The position numbers and the translations under genes were made by a program. A stretch of DNA of 64,000 nucleotides, taken from Anthoceros angustus (taxonomy: Eukaryota; Plantae; Anthocerotophyta). Positions 12,296 through 25,385 of the stretch are shown here, one piece after another. The stretch lies in NCBI GenBank assembly GCA_010909165.1, contig MU008228.1, positions 62,001-126,000 of the forward strand, written 5' to 3'. Every line of letters begins with the position of its first letter. Position 1 is the stretch's first letter. Below the pieces are notes generated by a model. It saw only the letters and a program-made list of their open reading frames with translations, did not search any database and was not told the origin of the DNA.

Positions 12296-13499
12296 TTCAT
12301 TCCAAAAATTCATGCTTGCAATCCCACATCTGTGGCCTCTTTTTCTTCACTTACCACCGAATCAAATGCAAGGCAATAAGAATATTCCATTCTCGGAAGT
12401 CAATTAGGTCGCCAAGAATCGTCACAAGGACAGCAATGACGGCACCAACATGGGCAGAGGCACGGGCACGGGCACGGGCACGGGCACGCAGCCACTGAAC
12501 AGAAACACATACCCAAAGCACTTGCCTCCCAATGTAGGGTTATATGGTTGCGGCCAATATTGGCGGTGCCTAGCCCAATGTTCACTTTACTGCATGCAAA
12601 CAATTTACCTGCAATTCGGGTTGAATTGGCGATGCCTAGCCCAGTGTTCACTTCACTACATGCCTAACCCGGGGCAGTCTCAGCTCGATCCATGACAGCA
12701 CCCTTCTCTATCTTGGATTCTATGGTACAGGGTGACTTGAATTTTTTTTAAATTAAGTCGGTTGGACCTCTTTCATCCAAATTGCGATCAAGGTAGGCAT
12801 CCATAATTCAGGATTTTTGGGTAGTTCGATTTAAGGCATTTCGAAATGCACCTCCCTATGGCATACCAAAGGGGACAGAGGGGATGGGACATTTTTTTTT
12901 TCGCGAAACCCATGCAAGGCGTGGGGATCTTGAGGAATATACCCTACATTCCAAAGACGGTTTCTTTTCGTGAGCACATACCACATGGCCGCTTTGGCGC
13001 CCTAACCAAGAGCGCCAAGCACCAAAGGGACACACTTTTCACTCCAAACCCTAAGTTTGGTTTAAATGTTTTGTCCTTCCAACTTTGAAAACAAAGAGCG
13101 GACCGGAAACTATGTTTTCAAGTTTTCCACACTTCCTCCCGCCATTAAGTTTTCTTCGATGCTATCCCATGCCCGGCAAACCCTAACCTGCCCCGCAGCG
13201 CCAATCTAGTTGCCAAACCCTTCACCCTACCATGGGCTTGTAAGGCAATGACGGCCGAGGCAAGACGGCCATCATTTGCGAACCCCGCACACGCGCGTGT
13301 CCGTGTCTTCTTATCTAGGGACAATGGATTCTTGTTTGTAGGGTTTAGGTACACGCGCGTTCAAACACGCTCTAGGTGATCCACCTCCAGTGGAAGAGGG
13401 ATGGGTGGCCGGTGGGTAGACCCATGCCTTATTCTTCCATATCACGGTATACATGAAGGGTCACACGCACGGGTGAATTCCTCCTATTATGCAAGTCTA

Positions 13500-14900
13500 G
13501 GTAACCACATCCCATCGACCAAGTCTATGAAACACTCACCCACCGCCCTCCAATCTGCCACCCTTGGCATACATATTCACCACAATGGTCGGCACAACAC
13601 ATTGCCATCATGTCCTCTTTTCCCGAATCGCACGTAGATCCGACTCCTTCTCCAGAGTGCCTACACTGCAAGCATGGAGGCACAATCATGCAATTACGTA
13701 TAGCCATGGCTTCATCTTGTATAGAATCGGATGATGCACGGTTGTCTACCCCTCACCTTCCCCGAGAATATCGCAATCAAAGCGTCCCATGTCACCACAT
13801 TATTCGCTCTTGGTTGTCATTCACTCTTTGCCGCCTGCGCCACACTTTCAATATATGTTCACCGATGTAGACACATGGGAACTGGTTCCACGCCACTACC
13901 TAACAAAGCGAAGCACCGCTGCCCGTGATTTCATATCGCATTCCCTTCCACCACTAAGACCTCCTCAAACATATGGGCATGTGGGTTTGCACGACCTCCA
14001 CGTCTGTAGGATGGCCCGATTGTCCTCTCCTGTTACAAGCACATTTTGGCTTTTCATTCCTCCACATGAGGGCCACCACTAAAATTGTTGCCACCATGTT
14101 TCGGCGACAACGCCGATCTCGACTGCCCTCCATTCTGCCACACTTGGCATACATATCCACCAAACTGCTGGCACGTACATGGTCTTCATGCTCTCTTTTC
14201 CTCGTCTGCATGGAGCCCCTTCTCAGAGTGGGTGCGCCCACGCACAACCCACCAAGTGCCACACATGTCAGTCATGCATGGGACACCCATGGCTCCGTTG
14301 CATAATCGATGTATCCGTGGTCGCCCATACCTTCCTCATTATGGTGCTATGAAAGCGGTTCATGTCACCACTTTCTTAGGCTGCCATTCGATTGTCCGTC
14401 CCCAATCGCCACACATTCCATACATGTTCACCACACTTTAAGTCGCATGTAACCAGTCCGCATCAATAACAACTGCATTAGTACCCACATTTCTTATCGG
14501 ATGCCCTTGCACACTCCTGCCCACCTCCCACAAACACATGGGCATTTGCGTGTGCACTCCACCTGCGCATCGAATGGTATAGGTGGATGGCCTGCTTGCC
14601 CTATCTATCTCACACGCGATTTTGCCTTTCATCCCACCACGCGAGGTGTCACGAGAATTCCGCCATAATTTCTCTTCGACAACGTCACTCCGTAAGCCTC
14701 CATTCTCCCACACTTGGCATACATATTCACCAGCAGGGCACAAACACATCGCTATCCTCTCTTTCACACCGCAGATGCACTGCCTCCCCTTCTCCGCACC
14801 TAGGGTGCGACATTCACAAGCCTGGACTCAAACAACGGTCATCTGTTAGGTCACCATTCCTCCTCGCCACATCGCTCCCCACCTATGTGGCCTAACACAT
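13500..14900 (-). pseudogene. Highly decayed PLS-PPR array inside the TIR element
   Basis: Recurring S-motif remnants at roughly 280-300 bp spacing: VNMYAKGGR (~13570), SSLVDMYAKCGRM (~14150), VNMYGMC (~14420), LVNMYAKCGRM (~14720), plus VVTW-like remnants (~13790, ~14365). Confidence 0.7.
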
Positions 14901-15299
14901 CCTCTTGCACCGCTTCCTTCCCTGTAAGGTGGCTTTGATGCACCTCTCGCGTTACCCGGTTGTTCGTTCCTTTCATGTTAGATGACGTGAGCGCTCAAAA
15001 CCCGTCCCCCATCCACAAGGTTCGTCCACAAACACGTCCCCACTTTGAAAGTCCTTCCCATTTTCTACAACCACCAACGCCAGATGCCATCGGTGGTCTT
15101 CAAAACTCAGATCCTCAAGACTGATGCCTGCTCACTGCTTTCTTCCACCCGCGAATTAGTAAGCGCGGCAAGAACCCACACCACCACCGCCACCCAACAA
15201 CCTCGCCAAGAACGATAGGGCGTGGAAAGAGCGAAATTTTCATAAGGTGCCATTCCATTGATCAAAAGGATGTCCACGCACATCGCCAAAAATTGCACC

Positions 15300-18200
15300 T
15301 AGCATCAAACCCTATCTCCCTGCGGCCTTCCTAAGCGTGCCCCTATGCAAAAACCAAGCGGTGATGCAACTCGAGCACAAGGGATGACGGCGCGCCTACT
15401 TCCCTCGTCCTCCATGCGCTTCATCATCGCGGAGAACCTTAATTGTGCCCTCCTCGGCGTCGAGCATTCAGCACTCATCGCTCTCTGTCGGTTGGCAGCG
15501 TCCCGCCTCCAAGCAGCGTCCGGATTGGGCGTCGGAGGCACCGCCTTGCCCGCTTCCACTTTGGACATGTCCACTCCTCGTGGTCGCGCTTCCTCCCCTT
15601 GTGCTCGCCCTCAGCGGGTTGGGCGCACTCCGCTCTCCTCCTTCTTCCGACATGGCCTCGCTCCGCCACCGTCGGTGCTTGCTCCCCCCCTCCTCCTCCT
15701 CCTCCTCCTCGGTGTGCCGGATGCTCCTCCACCGCCGTGAGCTGCAGCCGGCACGCCTCCGCTCCTCCTCCGCAGCCACCTCCGAGCCTCGCCCTGTCTG
15801 CACTTCCGCTCCACGTTGAGATCATACTGGTGGGTGTTATTCTCCCATAAGCGCCTTCCTCAACAGATGCGCTCGATCCCACTCCCAGTGATCGCGGCCA
15901 CTGGCGTTGGCTCGCCGTCGCTGGCCGCGGCGTCCTGCAGCCCCTCCACGCCTTCGATCCCGCCCTCGTTCCCACCATCTCCAGGCCCTCTCGGCCTCGG
16001 TCTCGGCCCGGCGGCGATCATCGCATCCCCACCATGGCAGCCCTGAGCTCGGGCATGGCGGCGGACATGCATGCGCCACGCCATGCCGGGCTCGGCCTCC
16101 GGCTCGAGGCGCGTCGGGCAACATCCGCCATCCTCTCTCCCCTCGACCTCCTGGTGGCAGCCCATCGCCTCGGTCCGCGTCCTCCACCGCCGTCCCGACC
16201 TCTTCCATGTTGCCTTTCTCCTCCACGGATGGCGGCTCCCCCTCTGTCGCGAGGCGGCCTGCGCCCGCCATCGCCGGCGGGGAGGCAAAGTGACCCCCGA
16301 GGAGGTGGAGGCGCCTCACAGGCCCCTCCTCCATAGCCATGGGAGGCAATGCCTCCCGCCTCAGTGCCCTCACCCGCCTCCATGGCGGGGAGGACAGACT
16401 GCGCCCTCTCCCGCGCTCATGCGCCTGCACCACACCCTGTGGCCTCCCCGCGCGAGGCCATGACCTCCCCTTGAGTTGGAGGGCGCTAGCGTGTTCCGCC
16501 TCCCCGCCTGCCTCCATCGACATGGGAGGCGGTTGCCCTCCCCACCTCTGCCTCACCATTGCCATGGCGGGAGGCGATTGCCTCCCGCTGCGGCCGGACT
16601 CACCCCGTTGCCACCGCCTTACCATCGCCGGGGCGAGGCCAGCCTCCCCTTGCTTGCGAGGGCGTTTCACCACCCGCCCCGCCTGCGACATGGGGAGGGC
16701 AAATGCTCCCCACGCCCCGCAATCGCCTGGCCGGTCGCCAGGGCATGCCCAGGGAGGGCAAGGTGCCCTCTTCCCCTCCTCCTCCCCCTGTCCCCCATGT
16801 CCCCCCTCTTCCTCCCGCCTCCATCACCAAGGGGGAGGGCACACTGCCCTCCCCCATGGCGCCGCCGCCCGAAGTCCTAGCCGATGCCGTCGCCAAGGGG
16901 GAGGCCACGGTGCCCTCCCCCCCATCTGCTCCCGCTGCTGCGCCGCCGCCCTCTCCTCCTACCCATGCTGTCGCCGGTGGGGATGGCACGGTGCCCGCCC
17001 CCCCGCGGGATGGCACGGTGCCCGCCCCCCCGCGGGATGGCACGGTGCCGCCCCGTGCGCTGGTCGCTTTGTCGCCTCCCGTTACGTGCCTCCATCGCCG
17101 GGAGGAGAGTCCCTCCTCACAGCTGCCTTCCCCCAACTGCCATCACCTCGCTCAAGGGGGAGGGGACGTACCTCTTCAGAACACTTGTCATCTGAGGTGC
17201 GTCGCGGGAGGCACTGTTGGCAACGACTGGGGCTGCCTCTGTACTGCAAGCGTGTAGAACGGTAGACATGGATAGGAAAGGCGAGGGAGTGAGGGCATCC
17301 CCGCTGGTATGAAATGAACGTAAGGACCGGAGGGGCCACCACATGGCCTCCCCACAGAGGGGCTCCAGGGATAGCGTCCTTCATGGTGCACCCGGTCTCT
17401 ACCGCGGGCCGGCCTCAAGGCATGGGCACAAACATTCCCTGCAAATTCTCTCCTGACCTCACGTGAATGGCGGAGGGAAATTGTGGACACGCGTGTCGGA
17501 AGCACCTTCGTGTGGAACCGCATTCCGCTTGAAGTGGTGGCAGCAGCTATCAAATCAACGAACCTTTGAAGAGCGAGGTCCGCGATGGCAAAATACACTG
17601 AAAGAAGGCAGCCTGTATGGGTTGTCACTTAATAAGCTAGTGGACGACATGGAAAAGCGGCAAAACCGGGGTGAAGGCCGAGGGAAAATGGAAAAGCGGT
17701 CCATCAATTTAGGCACGGGGGAACACGATGCGCGCCGGCCAGCATGAACCGAGGGCCAAGTTGAAAAATGTTGGCAGAGATATCTGGGCGAGTGGTGGGA
17801 ATATCCAAGGAGGAAAGCGTCAAAATTTGGTCAAGTGAACACTGTGGGAAGCGGGATCTGAAGAAACCTACAAATGTTAACCGTAAAGGCCTCCTAAATC
17901 AAGTCCTAACAAAACCCCTGCTCCACGGTGCATAAAGCACATGACCACCAGTCCTAACCCCCATGATCACTGTCCTCGATGATGTAGAGGTCGTTCATCT
18001 CCTCCCACAGGACATGGTTGGCGTGCGTCCAATTCGTGGAAGACGTTGAGATGAAATCCAGGAGGGGGCGATAGCGTCGAGGCCGTGCGGCACAGAGTCA
18101 AGCCGTCGTGGTGAAACTTGGCCATCCAGCCTTGAAGTCCTCCGGTGACTCCGGGTGCTTGGACCGCGAGGCCTCGCGATGATCGTTAAGACCCAATGGC

Positions 18201-19300
18201 CACCCATCAAAATGAGAATGCATGAAATAGTGCGCTTCCCGGAAGGCACTCTCATGATATGGCGTCCAGTCCGGTCAAATACACCGACCACGTTCCCTCA
18301 TTTCGAAAAGAACTTCAAAGTCAAGGGTAGTTCTCTATGTGGCGGATGAGGTCGTTGTGGTCCTCCGCATCTGTGTAGCATCAAGCTCCTCGTCTGACGG
18401 AGGATGCATTGGCTTCTTGGGGTCATAAGACACAGAAACAACTCACTCCACATATTAGGATCGGGTGAGCTCGGAGGAGGCGTGGAACCCTCCTCCATTG
18501 CTGCCGGACATGCTTTGTGGGCTGCAGTGCAGGGCTGCGGCATGTGAGGAGAGGGTGGGCGCCCCGCCATCCCCACCACAATCGCGTATGCCTGCAACAT
18601 TACGTGCATGGGCAGCAGGCAGCCGTATGGAAGTCAGACATTTGGAAGAGAAGGAGCATCAAACAATTGAGCATCACCATGGGCAGGAAGAAATGGGGAC
18701 GACGTTAGTTGGTGCTTGGTGCTTGGTGCATGGATGGATAGGATCCATACTGTGGTGCCTCCTCGCCCGGCCTGCACGCCGCCTGGCGGCGCGACGCACT
18801 GCGCCCGGTTGCCCCACCGCCTGGCACAAGGCCGCCTCACAGACATGGTCATGCCCCGCCCGCCCGCCCGCCCGCCCGCCCGCCTGCCCGCCCCGCCACG
18901 CCGCCGCCCGCCCGCCCCCGCTTCTTCCTTCCTTCACCGCCCGCCTGCCTCGCCGATACCCAGTTAGCCCGGCCCGCCCCTCACGATTGAAGGCCCACAC
19001 GCCGCCTGCCTCGCCCTGCCCCGCCGCCTGCCCAAGGCTCACGCAAGCTCGCCGCCTGCCTGCGCCGGATCAGCCGCCGCTGGCCGGCGCGGCAGGCTAC
19101 GTGGCTGGCGGTGCCGCCTGCAGCGCCGTGCCGCCGCCGCCGCCGCAGCGCCGCTGCGGTAAGCGTGCTCCCTGCCGCTGACACGCCTGCCTGCACTCGC
19201 CGCCGCCCGCCTGCCTCGCCCGCCCCGCTTGCTCGCCGCCGCCGGCCGCCCAAGGCTGCGGCGTGGCGTAGGCCCGCCAACAGGTTGCCCTAAACCCTGC
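15300..19300. repeat. GC-rich low-complexity interior of the TIR element (27-bp x3 repeat near 16980-17050; GCCC/GCC runs at 18760-19290)
   Basis: Very high GC, GGGATGGCACGGTGCCCGCCCCCCCGC repeats and (GCCC)n runs. The overlapping ORFs have no recognisable domain. Confidence 0.6.
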
Positions 19301-19699
19301 CCTAAACCATCCCGCTCACCCTCTTAGCACATGAACCCTAAAACGGGCAGGTGGTTTGCCTATGAGACCACCGGACCCTAAATCGAACGGCAGCTGGAAG
19401 AAAATTTTTTGTTCCGGGAGAAAACACATAGAGTGCGGGCAAAACCCTAAAGTGCCCTTCTGAAATCCGTGATCTGGGGTCACTGCGTCTCATACCCCAT
19501 TTCGGTCGGGTTACCAAACCGGACACCAAAAGTTATGCGGAAGAAAAAAAATGCCCGTCCCCTCTGTCCTCTTTGGTATGCCATACCTCCCTGTGCAAGT
19601 CGCTTGGACGTCTTGGGATTTAAGTTAAACTTAAAAAAAAAAAAGATAAAGCAACCACACATTCACCCCCAATGAGCACTGGCTACTTCTTCATTGTTC

Positions 19700-22600
19700 T
19701 CACGGTCGACCCTTACAACTGCAACAACCATGCGCAAATCGATGCACGCGGTACCCATCCCTCACAACAATGTTTCTCTGTTCAAGCCTTGACATGATCT
19801 CCGTGGAACTGTGGCAGTCACTGCACATGCGTAGATTCTTTGTGACCACCAGAGGTGTCCCACTCGGAGTGTTCAAGAGACCAAATGCCAGAGCTAGCTT
19901 CTCAGCATGCCCACAAAGCGCATCTTCCTTTTCCTTCTCAGACAGTGGCTTCAACACCAATTTTGTGTCAGGTACGTGGCCTCCTTCCTGCTTCAGCCGA
20001 GCATTCGTGCTCTCTACCTTTAACGCAATATCCTCTCTCCTTTCTCCCACCAGAAATCTATGTACCTGCTTATTCACCTCAATGGTCGCCACTGCAGGTT
20101 TCTTGTTAGCTCCTGCTGCCTTCTCTGTGTTTCAATCCTGTCTACATCGGTCCACCTACCTGCATCTGCGTAGGCATTGGCCATAAGCACATAAGCAGAC
20201 GCCTGCTGAGGGTCCAGTTTAACAATGCTTTCAAAACACCACATCGCCCTCTCTATATCCCCGTGACACTTGCAGGCATTCAACAAAGACGTCAATCCCA
20301 CAACATCGGTCTGGCCCTCGCATGATAACAACATGTTCTCTGCCTCGTCCAAATGGCCAGCACGCCCAAGAAGATCAATCATGCAGGTGTAATGTTCAAT
20401 AGTAGGTTTGATACCATGCTGTTCAGCCATGGAATCAAGGTGCTTGCGACCCTCGAGGACCAGTCCCCCATGACTGCAGGCTACTAAAAGGCAAGTAAAA
20501 GTAGCATCATTAGGGTGAACACCGGCAACTAACATCTCCTCAAAACAAGCAAGTGCCTTGTGACCTTCATCACAAGTACCATACCCAGCGATCAGGGCAT
20601 TCCATGTCACAACATCCTTTGTCCCCAAGCTGTCAAAAGCGTGGCGTGCATCTCCCAGTTCACCACATTTTGCATACATGTCCACCAGGCAGTTGCCAAC
20701 ACTGTTATCCAGCAGTCCTTTTCGACAATCTGTGAGTGCAGCTGCCTGCCCTTCTGTAAGGCACCAGTGCTTCCACAGGCCTTCAGAAGGCAAACAAAAG
20801 TAACATGGTCAGCCAAAATCAGGCCCTCCTCCTCCATTTGTCCATACACAACAAGCGCCTCTTGGCCGAGTCCTTGCTGTGCATACCCAGCAATCAGGGC
20901 ATTCCACGTCACCACATCCTTTGTGTTCATGCTGTCAAAAACCTGGCGTGCATCTTCCAGTTCACCACATTTTGCATACATGTCCACCAGGTGCCCACAC
21001 TACGTCATCCAGCAGTCCTCTTTCCACAATCTGTGAGTGCAGCTGCCTGCCCTTCTGTAAGGCACCAGTGCTTGCACAGGCCTTCAGAAGGCAAGTAACA
21101 TGGTTAGCCAAAATGAGGCCCGCCTCCTCCATTTGTCCATACACAACAAGCCTCTTGGCGAGTCCTTGCTGTGCATACCCAGCAATCAGCATTCCATGTC
21201 ACCACATCCTTTGTGGCATGCTGTCAAAAACCTGGCGTGCATCTTCCAGTTCACCACATTTTGCATACATGTCCACCAGGCAGTTGCCCACCACAACGTC
21301 ATCCAGCAGTCCTCTTCGACAATCTGAGTGCAGCTGCCTGCCCTTCTGTAAGGCACCAGTGCTTGCACAGGCCTTCAGAAGGCAAGCAAAAGTAACATGG
21401 TCAGCCAAAATGAGGCCTCCTCCATTTGTCCATACACAACAAGCGCCTCTCCGAGTCCTTGCTGTGCATACCCAGCAATCAGGGCATGTCCATGTCACCA
21501 CATCCTTTGTGGCCATGCTGTCAAAAATCTGGCGTGCATCTTCCAGTTCACCACATTTGGCATACATGTCCACCAGGCAGTTGCCCACCACAATGTCCAG
21601 CAGTCCTCTTCGACAATCTGTGAGTGCAGTTGCTGCCTGCCCTTCTGTAAGGCACCAGTGCTTGCACAGGCCTTCAGAAGGCAAGCAAAAGTAACATGGT
21701 CAGCCAAAATCAGGCCTGCCTCCATTTGTCCATACACAACAAGCGCCTCTTCGCCGAGTCCTTGCTGTGCATACCCAGCAATCAGCACTGTCCATGTCAC
21801 CACATCCTTTGTGGCCATGCTGTCAAAAATCTGGCGTGCATCATTCAGTTCACCACATTTGGCATACATGTCAACCAGGCAGTTGCCCACCACAATGTTA
21901 TCCAGCAGTCCTCGCTCGACAATCTGTGAGTGCAGTTGAATGCCCTTCTGTAAGGCACCAGTGCTTGCACAGGCCTTCAGAAGGCAAGCAAAAGTAACAT
22001 GATCAGCCAAAATCAGGCCCGCCTCCTCCATTTGTCCATACACAAGCGCCTCGAGTCCTTGCTGTGCATACCCAGCAATCAGCATTCCATGTCACCACAT
22101 CCTTTGTGGCCATGCTGTCAAAAACCTGGCGTGCATCTTCCAGTTCACCACATTTTGCATACATGTCCACCAGGCAGTTGCCCACACTACGTCATCCAGC
22201 AGTCCTCTTTCGACAATCTGAGTGCAGTTGCTGCCCTTCTGTAAGGCACCAGTTCTTGCACAGGCCTTCAGAAGGCAAGTAAAAGTAACATGGTTAGCCA
22301 GAATGAGCCCCTCCTGCTCCATTTGTCCATACACAAAAGCGCCTCATGTCCCCTGCTGCATACCCAGCAATCAGGGCATTCCATGTCACCACATCCTTTG
22401 TGGCCATGCTGTCAAAAACCTGGCGTGCATCTTTCAGTTGGCCACATTTTGCATACATGTCCACCAGGCAGTTGCCCACCACAACGTCATCCAGCAGTCC
22501 TTTTTCGACAATCTGTGAGTGCAGTTGCATGCCCTTCTGTAAGGCACCAGTGCTTGCGCAGGCCTTCAGAAGGCAAGAAAAAGTGACATGGTTAGCCAAA

Positions 22601-24038
22601 ATGAGGCCTGCCTCCTCCATTAGTCCATACACAACAAGCGCCTCTTGGCCGAGTCCTTGCTGTGCATACCCAGCCATCAGGGCATTCCATGTCACCACAT
22701 CCTTTGTGGCCATGCTGTCAAAAACCTGGCGTGCATCTTCCATTTTGCCACATTTTGCATACATGTCCACCAGGCAGTTGCCAACAAACAAGTTAGCAGC
22801 AATGCCACTGTGCACCACATCACAGTGCACTGCTCTGCCAGATTCCAAGTCGGCGGCAAATGCACAAGCTTGAAGGGCAGCTACAAAGACGTGAGCATCT
22901 GCCTTCACTCCTGACCTACGCATCTTGTGGTACAGTCGTATGGCCTCCTTAGGCTTCCCATGCTTTGCGTATGCTGAGATTATGGAAGACCACATGAAAG
23001 CATCTGGTTTCCCGACCCTGGTGAACACATCCATGGCCTCCTGCAGCCTCCCTCCACATGCATACATGCGCAGGATATGGTTCCCCAAGTATGCATTCGA
23101 ATCGCACCCAAGTTTTACTGTGAGATGATGGACTCGTCGCCCCACAACCAAATCCCTCTTAGCTGTACACAGTTTCAGCACGGTGTAGAAGAGAGTGTGA
23201 GAGATGGCGGAGTCTGCCTGCGCCAGGGATTCTAGAGCTCCAACGGCCTCAGAAAGCTTCCCCTGCTGACAGAACATGGTCACGATTTCTGACGCCTCCC
23301 AATCCTGCACGCCTGCCAGGTTCAGGCTTATCCGAGAGCTGGACTCGGAAGGAGAGGCACCATGACCCATCTGCATATCCAAGGAAACGAGCTGCTCATC
23401 AACCCAAGCTACAGCTTGTGTTGTTTAACCACAGGACCTCGCCGGACCCTTACGCCGGAAGTCAGGCGAACGGGAGCTCTTCTTATCTCGTCTGTTGTCC
23501 CACCACATGGTAGGTCCAGAAAAATTGTTGCCACAAGTGCTCCTGCTCCTGGCGACGACCATCGCTGCTGGAAAAGCCGTCCCACCACATTTTCTCGGAA
23601 GGAGGCACCATGACCCATGTGCACATCCAAGGAAACGAGCTGTTTATCAACCCAAGCTGGCTTAAACATGTTGTTTAACCACAGGACCTCGCCGGATCCC
23701 TTACGCCGGAAGTCGGGCGAACGGGAGCTCTTCTGATCTCGTCTGTTGTCCCACCACATGGTAGGCTCCAGAAAAAATTGTTGCCACAAGTGCTCCTGTT
23801 CCTGTTCCTGTTCCTGGCGACGACCATCGCTGCTGGAAAAGCCGTCCCGACCCACACATTTTCTCGGAAGGAGAAGTGCTGGGCTCCGAGTCCCTACACT
23901 GTTGCACCTGCAGGCTTTGTTTGCCAGGGGTTGACTCCCTAGGATGAGGTGAGCGGGAGCTTCTGGTAGAACACCTGTACACACACCAAGTGCAATTTGT
24001 TGGGTCCACAACGAGTCCGGTTGCCATACTGTGGCCAT
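19700..24038 (-). CDS. G5: PDF (plus a second, frameshifted PDF) + long PLS-PPR array (8 MYAKCG S-motifs) + E1/E2 + DYW:KP (KGRP); many small indels
   Basis: ORF 23409..24038 (MATVWQPDS, QEQEQEQE, PDF), ORF 22294..23382 (PPRs), repeated PLS triplets down to ~20600, ORF 20074..20793 (E region) and ORF 19700..20092 (DYW:KP). Confidence 0.82.
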
Positions 24039-24590
24039 CGTTCAGAGACCGGTGTCGGAAGATGAGTCTAAAACAACAGATTATAGCAGGACGCCCAGGT
24101 AGTGTGCATCACCACACCAGACTACGAGCAACATAATTATTGGTAGTTTCCTTGGCCGCTGTGCGGATTGGATTTTGCCCTCCCCAAGGCGAAGGCGAAG
24201 GCGAAGCTGGTGCTGTTTGAGGGTTCCCCCAGTCTCCAGGACGGGGGCAAGCCTGCGTCACACACCGAATACATGCCTGTATGTTCAGCCGAAATGAGAA
24301 GCGCCATAGACCAACTCCGTTCCACCAAATGTCAAGCAACTCTGTTTCTGTTTCTGTTGCTACTGTAGCCGGACAAACCCCAAGATTCGATAGTAATTTT
24401 TTTTTTTGTTTTGGGGCCGAGTTGGAGCTGGACCACCGCCTGTCTCGATGCGCTGAGGTGGAGCTCCAGCTGGGCGCCGTAAGGAGGAAGGTGGAGCTCC
24501 AGCTCCAGCTCTGCCCCACAAGGAGCCCAGTGGCCGATCCGGCCCCGTTGCGATCGGCCTGATGGAGAAGAAGGTGCATCGAGCATTTTC

Positions 24591-25385
24591 AGCTATGGCT
24601 ATGGCTCTGGCTATGGCTATGGCTATGGCTATGGCTATGGCTATGGCTATGGCTATGGCTATGGCTATGGCTATGGCTATGGCTATGGCTATGGCTATGG
24701 CTATGGCTATGGCTATGGCTATGGCTATGGCTATGGCTATGGCTATGTGGCTATGGCTAATGGCTATGGCTATGGCCATGGCTATGGCTATGGCTATGGC
24801 TATGGCATGGCTATGCTATGGCTATAGCTATAGCTATCTATGGCTATGCTATAGCTATAGCTATAGCTATAGCTATGGCTATCTATGGCTATGGCTATCT
24901 ATGGCTATCTATGGCTATGCTATAGCTATGGCTATCTATGGCTATGCTATAGCTATGGCTATAGCTATAGCTATGCTATAGCTATAGCTATGGCTATGGC
25001 TATGGCATGGCTATGGCTATGCTATAGCTATAGCTATAGCTATGGCTATAGCTATGGCTATAGCTATAGCTATAGCTATGCTATAGCTATGCTATGCTAT
25101 GGCTATGGCTCTGGCTATGGCTATGCTATAGCTATGGCTATCTATGGCTATGGCTCTGGCTATGGCTCTGGCTATGGCTATAGCTATAGCTATAGCTATA
25201 GCTATAGCTATAGCTATGCTATGCTATGGCTATAGCTATGCTATGGCTATGCTATGCTATGGCTATGGCTGTAGCTATGGCTATGGCTGTAGCTATGGCT
25301 ATGGCTATGGCATGGCTATGGCTATCTATGGCTATGGCTATCTATGGCTATGCTATGGCTATGGCTGTAGCTATGGCTATGGCTC
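24591..25385. repeat. Compound microsatellite (GCTATG)n/(GCTATA)n
   Basis: Near-pure GCTATG run at ~24591-24745, then mixed GCTATG/GCTATA/GCTAT/GCTCTG units. Confidence 0.97.

Larger units (their letters stand above)
12857..19585. mobile_element. 6.7-kb TIR DNA transposon with TATGG...CCATA termini and 6-bp TSD CCTCCC (IS3EU-like, apparently non-autonomous)
   Basis: Left TIR TATGGCATACCAAAGGGGACAGAGGGGATGGG (from 12857) matches the reverse complement of the right end (to 19585) over ~45 bp. CCTCCC lies at 12851-12856 and 19586-19591. Confidence 0.8.

Noticed and set aside
15300-19300. Long Pro/Arg/Gly/Ala-rich ORFs as genes or transposase
   Set aside because: They overlap in all frames because high GC depletes stop codons; I see no DDE or other domain motif.
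13040-19450. Scattered AAACCCTA motifs as interstitial telomere
   Set aside because: They are isolated single telo-box-like copies, not arrays.
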